Under the pieces are notes generated by a model, which had not been told where the DNA came from, ran no database searches, and was given only the letters and a program-made list of their open reading frames with translations. DNA of 64,000 nt from Candidatus Berkelbacteria bacterium (GTDB lineage Bacteria; Patescibacteriota; UBA1384; DTJR01): contig JAOUGE010000001.1 in the NCBI GenBank assembly GCA_029865605.1, forward strand, positions 19,840 through 83,839, read 5' to 3'. This document shows positions 36,919-45,824 of this stretch, one piece after another. A program made the translations under genes and the position numbers. The stretch's first letter is position 1; every line of letters begins with the position of its first letter.

Positions 36919-37626
36919 TTGCCTGTCGTAGAACCCTACAGGAAGGAGGCCGGCGAGATGCGGCCTTACATCAACGACTTGCTTTGCTCGCTGAAAGGTA
37001 GCTGGGTGGGTAAGATCGTTGCGTGCGTGTTGTATCCGCTGATGTATTGGCCGTTATTCGTCGGCCAGTATGTCAATGCGCTGATCTGTGAGCGTTTGGT
37101 GAACGCGTGGCCGCGGATCGGCGGGGTTGGGCTGTACAAGACCGCAGCAGAGTTGACGCGCGAGTTGGTCGCAAATGGACGTTTCACGACAGTCGTTCTC
37201 GGCGGCAACGAGGCCGAGCAGAAGCAGTTCCTAGCTGAATACCGGCCGGAATGGCTCACGAGTCTTGATGTATCGGATGGGACGTACCCCCAGGTGAGAG
37301 GGGTCGTCGATTACGCCGAGCAGTATGGCTTGCCTGCGATCTGTATTATCACGCACGAATCGCTTCTAACCAGAGCGGCTCTGACCGTGGTGAAACAGCT
37401 CAAAGAACGCGAGATGCGTCTGCCGGTATACTGCGAGGCGTACCTCGATCTATCTCGGCTTGAGCTGAAGTGGTATGAGGTAACGCTGGCCTCGGCGAAT
37501 GAAGCCTTGAGCCTCTTGCGCTATCAGAGGAGAGGCCACGTTGCCACGCATCGAGAAACGCTGGAGTATCTCCGGGACGTCTCCTGGGAGGAACGGCCGG
37601 GAGGAGTCCTGTTTGTCATCGTGTAG
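36919..37626 (+). CDS. hypothetical protein in a high-GC islet; weak resemblance to DUF218/YdcF-like
   Basis: TTVVLGGNEAEQ ... ICIITHESLLTRAAL. About 60% GC. Followed by a GC-rich terminator hairpin at 37642-37675. Confidence 0.3.
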   Translation: MPVVEPYRKEAGEMRPYINDLLCSLKGSWVGKIVACVLYPLMYWPLFVGQYVNALICERLVNAWPRIGGVGLYKTAAELTRELVANGRFTTVVLGGNEAEQKQFLAEYRPEWLTSLDVSDGTYPQVRGVVDYAEQYGLPAICIITHESLLTRAALTVVKQLKEREMRLPVYCEAYLDLSRLELKWYEVTLASANEALSLLRYQRRGHVATHRETLEYLRDVSWEERPGGVLFVIV

Positions 37627-37687
37627 AGTCAGCGATACCCACGGGCGGGAAAGGGGGCCGCCCGATGTATTTATAAAAAGGATTGAA

Positions 37688-38779
37688 ATGTCATTGTCAA
37701 TCGGTATTGTTGGGCTTCCGAACGTTGGAAAATCAACGCTTTTTAATGCACTTTTGAAGTCACCTCTGGCGCGGGTGGCGAATTTTGCTTTTACAACGGT
37801 TGAACCGAATATCGGGGTGGTCGAGGTGCCGGATGAGCGGGTAGAAAAATTGGCCGAAGTGGAAGGAAGCGCTAAAGTCACACCGGCGACAGTGAGGTTT
37901 GTTGACATTGCGGGATTAATTGCCGGAGCGCATAGAGGCGAGGGATTGGGGAACAAGTTTTTGGCCCATATCCGTGAGGTTGATGCGATCGCGATGGTGG
38001 TGAGGACTTTTGAGCATAAGGATGTTGCTCATGTTTCGGGCAAGATCTCGCCTAAAGATGATATCGAGACGATTTTGACCGAGCTCGTGTTGGCCGATAT
38101 GGAAACTTTGCAAAAGAGACTAGGCGTGGCCGAAAAAGATGCTAAATCGGGTGACAAGACCGCTCGAAAACAAGCTGAAATTTACAAAAGAATTGCTGCA
38201 ATGTTTGACAAGAATAAACCGGCGATTGAGGCAAAGCTTGATGACAAGGAGAGAGAATTGATCGGCGAGTCCGGTTTTCTAACTTTAAAACCATTTTTAT
38301 ATGTTTTTAACGTCGGCGAGGAGGGGGCAACACAGGCGCCGGAGGATTTAGTGGAGGAGTATGAGCTTGAGGTAAAATCAGAGCAGGTGGTGGTGATTTC
38401 GGCGAAAATCGAGTCGGAGCTCTCTGACTTGTGCGAGGGGGACCGCTGCGAATATTTAAAAGAATTGGGGCTTGATGAGCCGTCTTTAAACAAACTAATT
38501 CGCTCTGCCTATAAAACCCTCGGGCTAGTTTCATTTTTCGTCGTCAATCAAAATGAGGCGCGAGCCGAAACGGTAAGAGATGGTGCCACGACACCCGTGG
38601 CGGCGGGCAAGATTCACAGCGATTTTGAGGACAAATTTATTAAAGCGGAAGTGACGCGAGCGGATGATTTTATAAAATATGGCGGCTGGAAAGGGGCACA
38701 TGAAGCTGGCCGAACTCGTTTTGAGGGCAAGGACTCTGTGGTACAAGAAGGGGACGTGATGTTTTTCCACCATAGGTAG
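37688..38779 (+). CDS. ychF: ribosome-binding ATPase YchF (Obg-family GTPase)
   Basis: MSLSIGIVGLPNVGKSTLFNAL at the internal ATG 37688; TGS-like C-terminus. Confidence 0.85.
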   Translation: MSLSIGIVGLPNVGKSTLFNALLKSPLARVANFAFTTVEPNIGVVEVPDERVEKLAEVEGSAKVTPATVRFVDIAGLIAGAHRGEGLGNKFLAHIREVDAIAMVVRTFEHKDVAHVSGKISPKDDIETILTELVLADMETLQKRLGVAEKDAKSGDKTARKQAEIYKRIAAMFDKNKPAIEAKLDDKERELIGESGFLTLKPFLYVFNVGEEGATQAPEDLVEEYELEVKSEQVVVISAKIESELSDLCEGDRCEYLKELGLDEPSLNKLIRSAYKTLGLVSFFVVNQNEARAETVRDGATTPVAAGKIHSDFEDKFIKAEVTRADDFIKYGGWKGAHEAGRTRFEGKDSVVQEGDVMFFHHR

Positions 38780-38824
38780 CTTATAAATTGGTTACGGGCG
38801 CCCCCTGTGGGGCGCCCGCGTGAG

Positions 38825-39178
38825 CTATCGCTGTCTTCGGGAAGGAGCATCGTTAGGGGCACCTTTGTAGCGGTGGGCCCGGACGAACTCCCGAAACTGG
38901 ACAGGGCGGAAGTGGCCGGTGAAGGCCACAACCGCTTCGACGGCGGCGAGGGCGAGGCACCAAGCCGCGACGATCCACATCCGGCCACCTTCTGTTGCCA
39001 TCGCGATGCCCAGTGGCACCGAGACGAGGAGGCCGATTGTCGCGAGCCAGGCGAGGTTTACTCGCCAGCACTCTAGCTGGTAGCCGACCGTGTTAACGTG
39101 CATGTCGCTCATCCTCTGCAGTGATACCCTGGTCTTGCCGGGGTCCGTCTGTAAAAGAACAACGGTTAAATATACCAT
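38825..39178 (-). CDS. small hypothetical membrane protein in a 65% GC island
   Basis: Two hydrophobic helices; start uncertain; weak call. Confidence 0.25.
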   Translation of the reverse strand: MVYLTVVLLQTDPGKTRVSLQRMSDMHVNTVGYQLECWRVNLAWLATIGLLVSVPLGIAMATEGGRMWIVAAWCLALAAVEAVVAFTGHFRPVQFREFVRAHRYKGAPNDAPSRRQR

Positions 39179-39299
39179 ATCTGAACCTGATTGTCAATGC
39201 GTTGACACCTGTTTTTTCAGGCAGTATGATTAAACTATGAGTCTAGGAGTATGGTTGACTGCTCCTAGGCCAGCTCCTTTCTGGAAGGGGGATGGTCGT

Positions 39300-39890
39300 A
39301 TGCGCACGATGTGTCGCGGACCTTCGTTGATGCTGGTGGCGTTGCTCGTTCTGGCGTTGGCAGCGTTCGCAGTGGGAGCGGCTGGCTGCTCGACCGCGAA
39401 GGCCGACAAGATGACGGCGACAGCGGCTCCAACGATCTTCACGGCAACAGTGGGCATCGACGACGACATCGGTGGGCAGTCCATCTTCACGCAGACGGTA
39501 GCCGCGCGCGGCCCAACCCGAGACGCGGCCGCGGCGCAGACCCTCACCGGCATGATCGCCCAGAAGACGGCCACCACTGACCGCGTGGCGAACGTGGCGA
39601 TCAAGACGATGGACCCGAAGATCGGTGACATCAGTGTCGGGCAGTACCGCCTCCTGGCGGCGGCGTACAACGGTAGCATCGTGGACAACAAAGTGGCGAC
39701 GGCCATGCGCGGCAGCCCAGGCATCGTGGCTTCCCCGACGGCAACCGCCAACGACATCACCGGCAACCGCACGAACGCGGACACGGTGGCACAGACGCTC
39801 TCTCCCCAAGGAGGTCGGCAGGTCCACAAAGTCCTTGTGGCCAACTACCTCGGCACCGGGGGCGCCGGTTGCCAGAAGACCCGCTGCTAA
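39300..39890 (+). CDS. lipoprotein (signal peptide with AAGC lipobox), Ala/Thr-rich, in a 65% GC island
   Basis: ATG at 39300 with RBS ggaaggggga. MRTMCRGPSLMLVALLVLALAAFAVGAAGCS. Terminator hairpin at 39977-40030. Confidence 0.4.
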   Translation: MRTMCRGPSLMLVALLVLALAAFAVGAAGCSTAKADKMTATAAPTIFTATVGIDDDIGGQSIFTQTVAARGPTRDAAAAQTLTGMIAQKTATTDRVANVAIKTMDPKIGDISVGQYRLLAAAYNGSIVDNKVATAMRGSPGIVASPTATANDITGNRTNADTVAQTLSPQGGRQVHKVLVANYLGTGGAGCQKTRC

Positions 39891-39976
39891 CGACGAAGCG
39901 GCGGGGGGGCAACGGCCCCCAAGACATCCTGGTCGAGTTGGGCCCCTCTGGCCAGCTCGGCCTCGCACTCATACCC

Positions 39977-40030
39977 GGGCGCGGACCCCTTTGTGGGACC
40001 GCGCCCGTTCGCGTTTAATTAGCTTTAATT
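39977..40030 (+). terminator. GC-rich hairpin (gggcgcggaccc/gggaccgcgccc) plus T-rich tract
   Basis: Seen in sequence; marks the 3' end of the high-GC island. Confidence 0.5.
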
Positions 40031-40083
40031 TTGTGCTAAAATTAAAAAAGAGAAATCCTAATTTGAGTTGAAGGAGGTTTTAG

Positions 40084-40869
40084 GTGATTGTTACTCCCCA
40101 AGCTGGACAGGGTGCTCCGCCAGGGCCCGAAAGCGCTGTCTCACCAGCTCCTGCTGAAGCACCTCCTGCCCCTGCCGTGCCTCCCGTTCCGGAGGCAATA
40201 CCTCCGGCTCCACCGGTTGTGGGGCAAGCTCCACCGGTGGCTGAAGTGGCGCCTGACCTGTCAGCTATTCTAGAAGCTCCTCAAGTGACTGCTCCGGCGG
40301 CAGCGCCGGCGGGCGAAGCGGCTCCTCCACCTCCTGTTGCTCCGCCGCCGACAGAAGAATTGATTGAAAACCCTTCGCAGCCTGGAGCTCTTGAGGGGTT
40401 AGAAACGGCAGTTGCTGCTCCTCCCATTCCGGCTGATCAAGGCAATATCGGTGAAACCGCGGCGGCTGATGTTGTGGCAGCCGCAGAGCCAACTGCTCCC
40501 TCAATTCCTACACCCGATCAAGCTCCGGTGATTGACGCAGCGGGGGTCGCTCCGGCAGCTCAAACCGAAACCGCTCCATCAGCCCCGGCTGGCCTCTCGG
40601 AAATGCCTGCAACGACACCTCCCCCCGAAGCCGTTGCTCCCCCCGTATCTGAACCTGCCGCTCCAGTCGCGCCAGAACCGATTGTTACACCCCCCGCGTC
40701 TGAACCCGTTATAGGTTCAATTAGTCCAGAAGTAGCCAGACCCGTTGAGCAATTGACTGATGAGGAATTGCAGGGACAAGCTGTAGGTGGTCATTTAGCG
40801 CTTGATGAACTGGCGAGGAGAAGAGCTGAAAGGGGCGCAGAACAAAATATAACCCGGGAGGCGGCATAA
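40084..40869 (+). CDS. proline/alanine-rich low-complexity protein (261 aa)
   Basis: GTG start with RBS gaaggagg; PAPAEAPPAPAVPPVP composition. Confidence 0.4.
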   Translation: MIVTPQAGQGAPPGPESAVSPAPAEAPPAPAVPPVPEAIPPAPPVVGQAPPVAEVAPDLSAILEAPQVTAPAAAPAGEAAPPPPVAPPPTEELIENPSQPGALEGLETAVAAPPIPADQGNIGETAAADVVAAAEPTAPSIPTPDQAPVIDAAGVAPAAQTETAPSAPAGLSEMPATTPPPEAVAPPVSEPAAPVAPEPIVTPPASEPVIGSISPEVARPVEQLTDEELQGQAVGGHLALDELARRRAERGAEQNITREAA

Positions 40870-41519
40870 TGGCATCACTTGACGTTTTATATCTAATCTT
40901 GGGGGTTTGCGTTGTTGTTATCACCGTAACGATTGTTTGGCTTGCCAGCGAAACAAGACAGCTAGTGCGCTCACTTAAACGCTCGGCTCAGGATACCGAA
41001 GTTGTAACCAAGGAAATAAAGGAGAAGGTTCTGCTGGTCGGCGAGGCGCTTGATCGGGCTGGAACGGCTGCTACGACCGTCATTGGTCTGATTGAGGATG
41101 CGATTGAGCAAATCGAAGAAAAGCGCGACCAGATTGTCGGCTCAATTGGTCTTCTGACCGGTGCTGGAAAGTACGTAAAACAGCGTCGCGAAGGGGCAAA
41201 AAAGGAAAAAGCAGAAGCAGGAAAAGAGAAAAAAGAAGTTCCGAGAGCGGAGGTTAAAGAGAAGCCTAAGGAATTGGAGAAGAAAGAAATTAAAAACGAA
41301 GAAGTAGAAACCCCCGAGCCGATTAGCGAGAAGAAGAATATGGGTTCATTTGTCCTTGGTCAGAAAAAAGTGGAAACATCCCCGCCTATGCAAGCTCGTG
41401 ATGATGAAGAGTCAAAGAAAACCAAGACAGAGAATAAGCCGGACGCATCTCGACTCTCGCCTCGGTTCGAGTCGAAGCGGGTCGGTAAAGACGAGGCAGA
41501 AGAGTTAGATAAGAAATAA
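40869..41519 (+). CDS. N-terminally anchored coiled-coil protein with Lys/Glu-rich tail
   Basis: TM helix LYLILGVCVVVITVTIVWLA; the C-terminus carries one copy of a 30-nt repeat also present at 439-468. Confidence 0.45.
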   Translation: MASLDVLYLILGVCVVVITVTIVWLASETRQLVRSLKRSAQDTEVVTKEIKEKVLLVGEALDRAGTAATTVIGLIEDAIEQIEEKRDQIVGSIGLLTGAGKYVKQRREGAKKEKAEAGKEKKEVPRAEVKEKPKELEKKEIKNEEVETPEPISEKKNMGSFVLGQKKVETSPPMQARDDEESKKTKTENKPDASRLSPRFESKRVGKDEAEELDKK

Positions 41520-41526
41520 ACCAACC

Positions 41527-42306
41527 ATGAAGCGAAAACTTAGCGCAAGGAGATGGCTGGTTTTTTTGTTGGTTTTACTCGCTCTTTTGGCGGTAGCATT
41601 TTTTATTACGAAATATTATCTCTCACAAGATGCGGTGACCGAGAGAGAGAAGGCAAAGCTGCCGACTCTGTCGGCAGGTCAGTCTCCGGTCTCTAGCGTC
41701 CAGTCTCCAACCGCCAACCCATCTCCATCAATAAATTCCATACCAGAGGAATTGAATTTAGATGTACCGTTTACTCCACAGGCACCGCACGCTAATTGGG
41801 ATTATACCCACGAGGAGGCCTGCGAGGAGGCGGCAGTTTTGATGGCCGGGAGATATTTCAGGGGGCAAGGAATTTCTGGGGCCGATGACGCGGAAAAGGG
41901 ATTGCAGGAAATTATCGGCTGGGAAAAAGAGAACTTGGGATTTTTCGAGTCGACTACAGCCGAAGAAACAGTCAGGGTTATAAAAGGAATTTATGGCTTG
42001 AATGCGCAGGTCATTGAAAATCCGACAGTTGGGCAGACGAAGGTGGCATTGGCGCAGGGAAAATTGGTATTGAGTCCATCAGCCGGCCGGGAAATCGGCA
42101 ACCCATTTTATAAAAGTCCGGGGCCCCTATATCATATACTTTTAATCAAGGGCTATACGAAGGACAAATTTATCACCAACGATGCTGGGACGAAAAGAGG
42201 AGAGAACTATCCTTATGTTTTTAAAACGGTGCTTGACGCCAACCACGACTGGAATGGTGGGAATGTGGGAGACGGTCGCAAACTGATGATTGTTGTTTCG
42301 CGCTAG
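41527..42306 (+). CDS. N-terminally anchored papain-like peptidase, C39-like (Peptidase_C39_2/BtrH-like) domain
   Basis: YTHEEACEEAAVLMAGRYF (Cys) and PLYHILLIKGYT (His) spaced as in C39-like peptidases. Confidence 0.5.
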   Translation: MKRKLSARRWLVFLLVLLALLAVAFFITKYYLSQDAVTEREKAKLPTLSAGQSPVSSVQSPTANPSPSINSIPEELNLDVPFTPQAPHANWDYTHEEACEEAAVLMAGRYFRGQGISGADDAEKGLQEIIGWEKENLGFFESTTAEETVRVIKGIYGLNAQVIENPTVGQTKVALAQGKLVLSPSAGREIGNPFYKSPGPLYHILLIKGYTKDKFITNDAGTKRGENYPYVFKTVLDANHDWNGGNVGDGRKLMIVVSR

Positions 42307-42437
42307 CCTACTCAAATCCGAGACGGTTCGCACTTAGTACAGATTGACAAAGAGGGCTCTTTATGGTTCAATTTAGGCATCTCGTTGCCACGGATGAAGC
42401 ATAAACTACACTACCCGTAAGGGAGGGAGGGACTGCC

Positions 42438-42647
42438 GTGGGAGAAAGCTGTATGTGCAGCGTCGCAGAAGGCCCTACTGGGGTTGTCATTAGGTCGCTT
42501 GCCAGACAGGGTCGCCAGCAGCACTGCAAGACCGGAGACCGGAACGGCCACGAGCCCGAGCACTTTGGCAACCCCTACTCGGCGAAGGAGTGTGCCGAGG
42601 TAGGTTGCCCGAACAGGGCAGAGTGTGGAGGTAACGGCTCCGGATAA
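42438..42647 (+). CDS. small cysteine-rich ORF (69 aa) with GTG start and a strong RBS; coding status uncertain
   Basis: ggagggagg 7 nt upstream of GTG. TTGACA at 42344-42349 is promoter-like. Six Cys; C-terminal CGGNGSG. Confidence 0.25.
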   Translation: MGESCMCSVAEGPTGVVIRSLARQGRQQHCKTGDRNGHEPEHFGNPYSAKECAEVGCPNRAECGGNGSG

Positions 42648-42823
42648 CGCACCAACGACAAGCTAACACGGGCAGCGAGATGCCAGGGGGACGCTCCCGC
42701 TCTGGGAGGGTAGCGGGTGCATTGTCCCGTCTTACCTATCGAGGGCGCCCCCCAACTTTTTGTAGAATCCCCCGCGAGGTGGATTTTTTTGTCCGCTTTT
42801 GGTAGGATTTCTTCGGTTAGCAA

Positions 42824-42855
42824 GGCCCTGTCGTCTAGTGGTTAGGACGCGAGGT
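42824..42855 (+). pseudogene. tRNA 5'-half fragment (acceptor, D-arm and 5' anticodon stem), 23 nt upstream of tRNA-Glu
   Basis: GGCCCTGTCGTCTAGTGGTTAGGACGCGAGGT aligns with tRNA-Glu positions 1-32 at 24 of 32 identities. No 3' half. Confidence 0.5.
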
Positions 42856-42878
42856 ACATTATAATAAATTCAATTGGG

Positions 42879-42953
42879 GGTCCCATCGTCTAGTGGTCAG
42901 GACGCAAGGTTCTCATCCTTGTAACGGGAGTTCGACTCTCCCTGGGATCACCA
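42879..42953 (+). tRNA. tRNA-Glu (anticodon CTC), CCA encoded
   Basis: Manual fold: acceptor GGTCCCA/TGGGATC, D-stem GTCT/GGAC, anticodon stem CAAGG/CCTTG with loop TTCTCAT, T-arm GGGAG-TTCGACT-CTCCC. Confidence 0.85.
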
Positions 42954-43087
42954 TAGTGGATTTATCAAAAGAATTAGCTTTTTGTTTTGAACACTTTGAT
43001 ATTGACTTTTTAAGATAAAAAGGGAAAATACAAGGCGATTTTCGCACCTCGATAGAGAGCAAGACTACTAGGGAGGAGGATGGAGCG

Positions 43088-43738
43088 ATGTTGCAGCTCA
43101 TAGCTGTGTTTGTCGTAGCAGCTCTGGCTGGACCCTCGCTATCCGTTCCCCGCTTGCCAGAGACATCCGGCAAGCCCTGCGCATGCACTAGTAGCGCTCC
43201 CCTTGCCGCGACTGCGGCGCGAATCCCAGCTATTTCTCCGGGCAAAGAACCTCAACTGGTTCTCGCCCGACCTGCCGCAGAATTGGCAGAACCCCTGCCG
43301 CTCTCGCTCCAGGCGCTTGTGGAGAGGATTGAGGGAGATCCGAATGCGCCGGAGTGGAAGAGGACTGTCACCCAGCGGATTCGCGCTCGCCGGATAGGAC
43401 GCTTTGACGCGTATCTAACGGCGTACTGCACGGACTCCTCCGCCGACTCGACGGGTGGAGGGCCGTGCGCCGCTTGGGACGGTATCCCACTTCGCTGGGG
43501 GCACGCCGCCAGCGACTGGCGGCATGTCCCAAAAGGCACAGTCCTCTTCGTCGGGCCGCCCGTTGACGCGATCTTGATCGTTGTCGACAACGGCCCGGGC
43601 GTTAAGGGCCCAGGCCGGCTTGATATATGCACGACAGACGGAAGCGTTTACAGGCTGCTGAGCCGGCAGATTAGTGCTGGTCAGCCCGCGGCCTGTTGGC
43701 GCCTTGGACGAAAAACGACATCAGCGGAAGCGCGCTAG
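43088..43738 (+). CDS. secreted 3D-domain protein (MltA/RlpA-like double-psi beta-barrel), ~62% GC
   Basis: YLTAYCTDSSADSTGGGPCAAWDGIPLRWGHAASDWRHVPKGTVLFVGP ... GRLDICT matches the 3D domain pattern. Confidence 0.5.
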   Translation: MLQLIAVFVVAALAGPSLSVPRLPETSGKPCACTSSAPLAATAARIPAISPGKEPQLVLARPAAELAEPLPLSLQALVERIEGDPNAPEWKRTVTQRIRARRIGRFDAYLTAYCTDSSADSTGGGPCAAWDGIPLRWGHAASDWRHVPKGTVLFVGPPVDAILIVVDNGPGVKGPGRLDICTTDGSVYRLLSRQISAGQPAACWRLGRKTTSAEAR

Positions 43739-43848
43739 CGCTTCCGCGATCGAGGTGTGATGACCTGTGGCCGCCCTTGATTTCGCCCACGGGCGGAATC
43801 GGGGCGGCCACTATGACGTTAAATTGCTTTGATTTATAACCTCAAGAC

Positions 43849-44547
43849 GTGATAAGATTTCGACGTATGGCAAAAAAAGAAATTGTTATTAAAGCAAAAG
43901 ATTTGCAAAAAACCTACCGTCTCGGTAGGCGAAATTATGTTAATGCCTTAAATGGCGTTGATTTTGAGCTGGAAAAGAGTGATTTTGTTGCTCTAGTTGG
44001 TCCTTCGGGATCGGGTAAATCAACTTTTATGCACCTTGTTGGCCTTTTGCAGGCACCATCGGCTGGGAAAATTTGGATTAAAGGCGAGGAAATGACCAAG
44101 GTATCAAAAAGATCTTATCCGCGTTTTCGGGCCGAACATATCGGTTTTGTTTTTCAGGGTTTTAACTTAATCCCGACTTTAACTGCTAAAGAAAATGTAA
44201 TGCTTTCCGGCCGCTACGCCGGCATGAGCCATCGCTTAGCCAGAGATCATGCTGAAGAGCTTTTGGCTAAGTTTGGCCTTCAAGATAGAATGAATCACAA
44301 ACCGGATGAACTTTCCGGCGGTCAGCAGCAACGAGTTGCCATTGCTCGGGCCTTGATCAACAGTCCGGCGATAATCCTTGCCGATGAGCCGACAGGGGAA
44401 CTTGACAGTAAAACTTCAAGGGAGGTTGTGGAGATGTTGAAAGAGCTTAATAGCTCAGGCCAGACGATTTTGATTGTTACCCACAATACCGAGGTGGCAA
44501 AAATGGCAAAAAAGATTGTAGAAATGAAGGATGGCAGGATCGTATGA
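43849..44547 (+). CDS. ABC transporter ATP-binding protein (MacB/LolD-type)
   Basis: GPSGSGKST, LSGGQQQRVAIARAL, ILADEPTGELD. Confidence 0.85.
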   Translation: MIRFRRMAKKEIVIKAKDLQKTYRLGRRNYVNALNGVDFELEKSDFVALVGPSGSGKSTFMHLVGLLQAPSAGKIWIKGEEMTKVSKRSYPRFRAEHIGFVFQGFNLIPTLTAKENVMLSGRYAGMSHRLARDHAEELLAKFGLQDRMNHKPDELSGGQQQRVAIARALINSPAIILADEPTGELDSKTSREVVEMLKELNSSGQTILIVTHNTEVAKMAKKIVEMKDGRIV

Positions 44548-45776
44548 TTTTTATCTGGCTAATTAAAGAAGCTTTTGTTTCGCTCTGGCGGCATAAACTG
44601 CGCTCCTTTTTCGCTGTGGTAGGGGTGATGGTGGGAATCGCGGCGGTGATCGCTTTAGTTTCAATCGGCAAAGGGGTCGAGAAAGACGTCAAAAAGACCG
44701 TTGAGGGTGTGGGAACGAATTTGATCGTTGTTTTATCCGGCAAGATTGATACCTCGCAAAGTAATTTTAATCAGAGTGCAATGGGCAATCCGGCCAACTT
44801 TATTTCTGGCGATATATTAAAACGCCAGGATGCCGACGAGATCGCAAAAGTTGAAGGGGTAAAGGCGGTTGCACCGATTGCTCTGGCTTCGGGCAGCATA
44901 AGACGCGACGGCCAAACTTCGACCTCGATGATTATGGGAACTTATCCTCAGATAAAAGATGTTATGACTGGTTTTAGTATCAGGTACGGAAGGTTTTTGG
45001 ATGATTCTGATAGCAATAAACAAAATATTGTCGTTGGTGATTTTGTAAAAGAACAGCTTTTTGGAGATAAGGATAATATCGTTGGCGAGAAAGTAATGGT
45101 GGGCAAAGACGAATTTGAAATTATCGGCCAGCTTGAAAAACCCAAAGACGCTGGAGCGCTTTTTTCGTCAGACTACGAGTCAATTGCCATTATATCGATG
45201 GGCGAGGCAAAGCGTTTAAACGGCGGCGCAGACAAGATATTGAGGATCGCGGTATCGGCTAAAGACTCGACGGATGTTAGTGCAACGGTCGAGAGGATTA
45301 AGCAGAATATGCTTCTACGCCATAAGGACGACGAATTTTCGGTTTTAACGCAGGAAGATCTTTTGGATATGATTTCATCAATAATTAGTCTTTTGACAAC
45401 AGCAGTAACGGCAATCGCGGCGATATCTCTAATTGTTGGCGGAATCGGTATTTCCTCGGTAATGTTTATGTCTGTGGCTGATAGAACTAGGGAAATTGGC
45501 ATTAGGAAAGCGCTTGGCGCTACCAGCGTATTGATTATGTTTCAGTTTTTAGTTGAGTCGGTAGTTTTGGCGGTTTTGGGTGGTGCTTTGGGGCTGGTGC
45601 TGGCTTTGGCTGTCAACGAAGTTGTTGATGCCAAGACGGTTATTGAGCCAAGCGTTACGGTTTCGGTTGTAATTTTGGCTCTTGCTTTTTGTATGGGTGT
45701 GGGAGTTCTCTTTGGGCTTCTTCCCGCCGCGCGGGCGGCGATGAAAGATCCGGTCGAAGCTTTGCGTCAGGGTTAA
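44544..45776 (+). CDS. ABC transporter permease, FtsX/MacB-like with extracytoplasmic MacB_PCD-type domain
   Basis: N-terminal TM, large periplasmic domain, three C-terminal TM helices with the GIRKALGAT motif. Confidence 0.75.
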   Translation: MIFIWLIKEAFVSLWRHKLRSFFAVVGVMVGIAAVIALVSIGKGVEKDVKKTVEGVGTNLIVVLSGKIDTSQSNFNQSAMGNPANFISGDILKRQDADEIAKVEGVKAVAPIALASGSIRRDGQTSTSMIMGTYPQIKDVMTGFSIRYGRFLDDSDSNKQNIVVGDFVKEQLFGDKDNIVGEKVMVGKDEFEIIGQLEKPKDAGALFSSDYESIAIISMGEAKRLNGGADKILRIAVSAKDSTDVSATVERIKQNMLLRHKDDEFSVLTQEDLLDMISSIISLLTTAVTAIAAISLIVGGIGISSVMFMSVADRTREIGIRKALGATSVLIMFQFLVESVVLAVLGGALGLVLALAVNEVVDAKTVIEPSVTVSVVILALAFCMGVGVLFGLLPAARAAMKDPVEALRQG

Positions 45777-45824
45777 AGCGAAGATCCCGCTTTGCGGGGT
45801 CGAAGCCCTAAGACAGGGATAATA

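Noticed and set aside
39243-40071. 241-aa minus-strand and 148-aa plus-strand ORFs in the 65% GC island
   Set aside because: Extremely Arg-rich translations (wrong-frame signature) overlapping the lipoprotein gene, which has a signal peptide and RBS.
42330-42800. Considered whether the mostly non-coding high-GC segment is RNase P RNA, tmRNA or SRP RNA
   Set aside because: None of the conserved motifs could be found by eye. RNase P CR-I/CR-V, the tmRNA tag-template plus tRNA-like ends and the SRP domain IV GGAA/AGCAGC were all checked. It is left as an unexplained segment carrying a small Cys-rich ORF.
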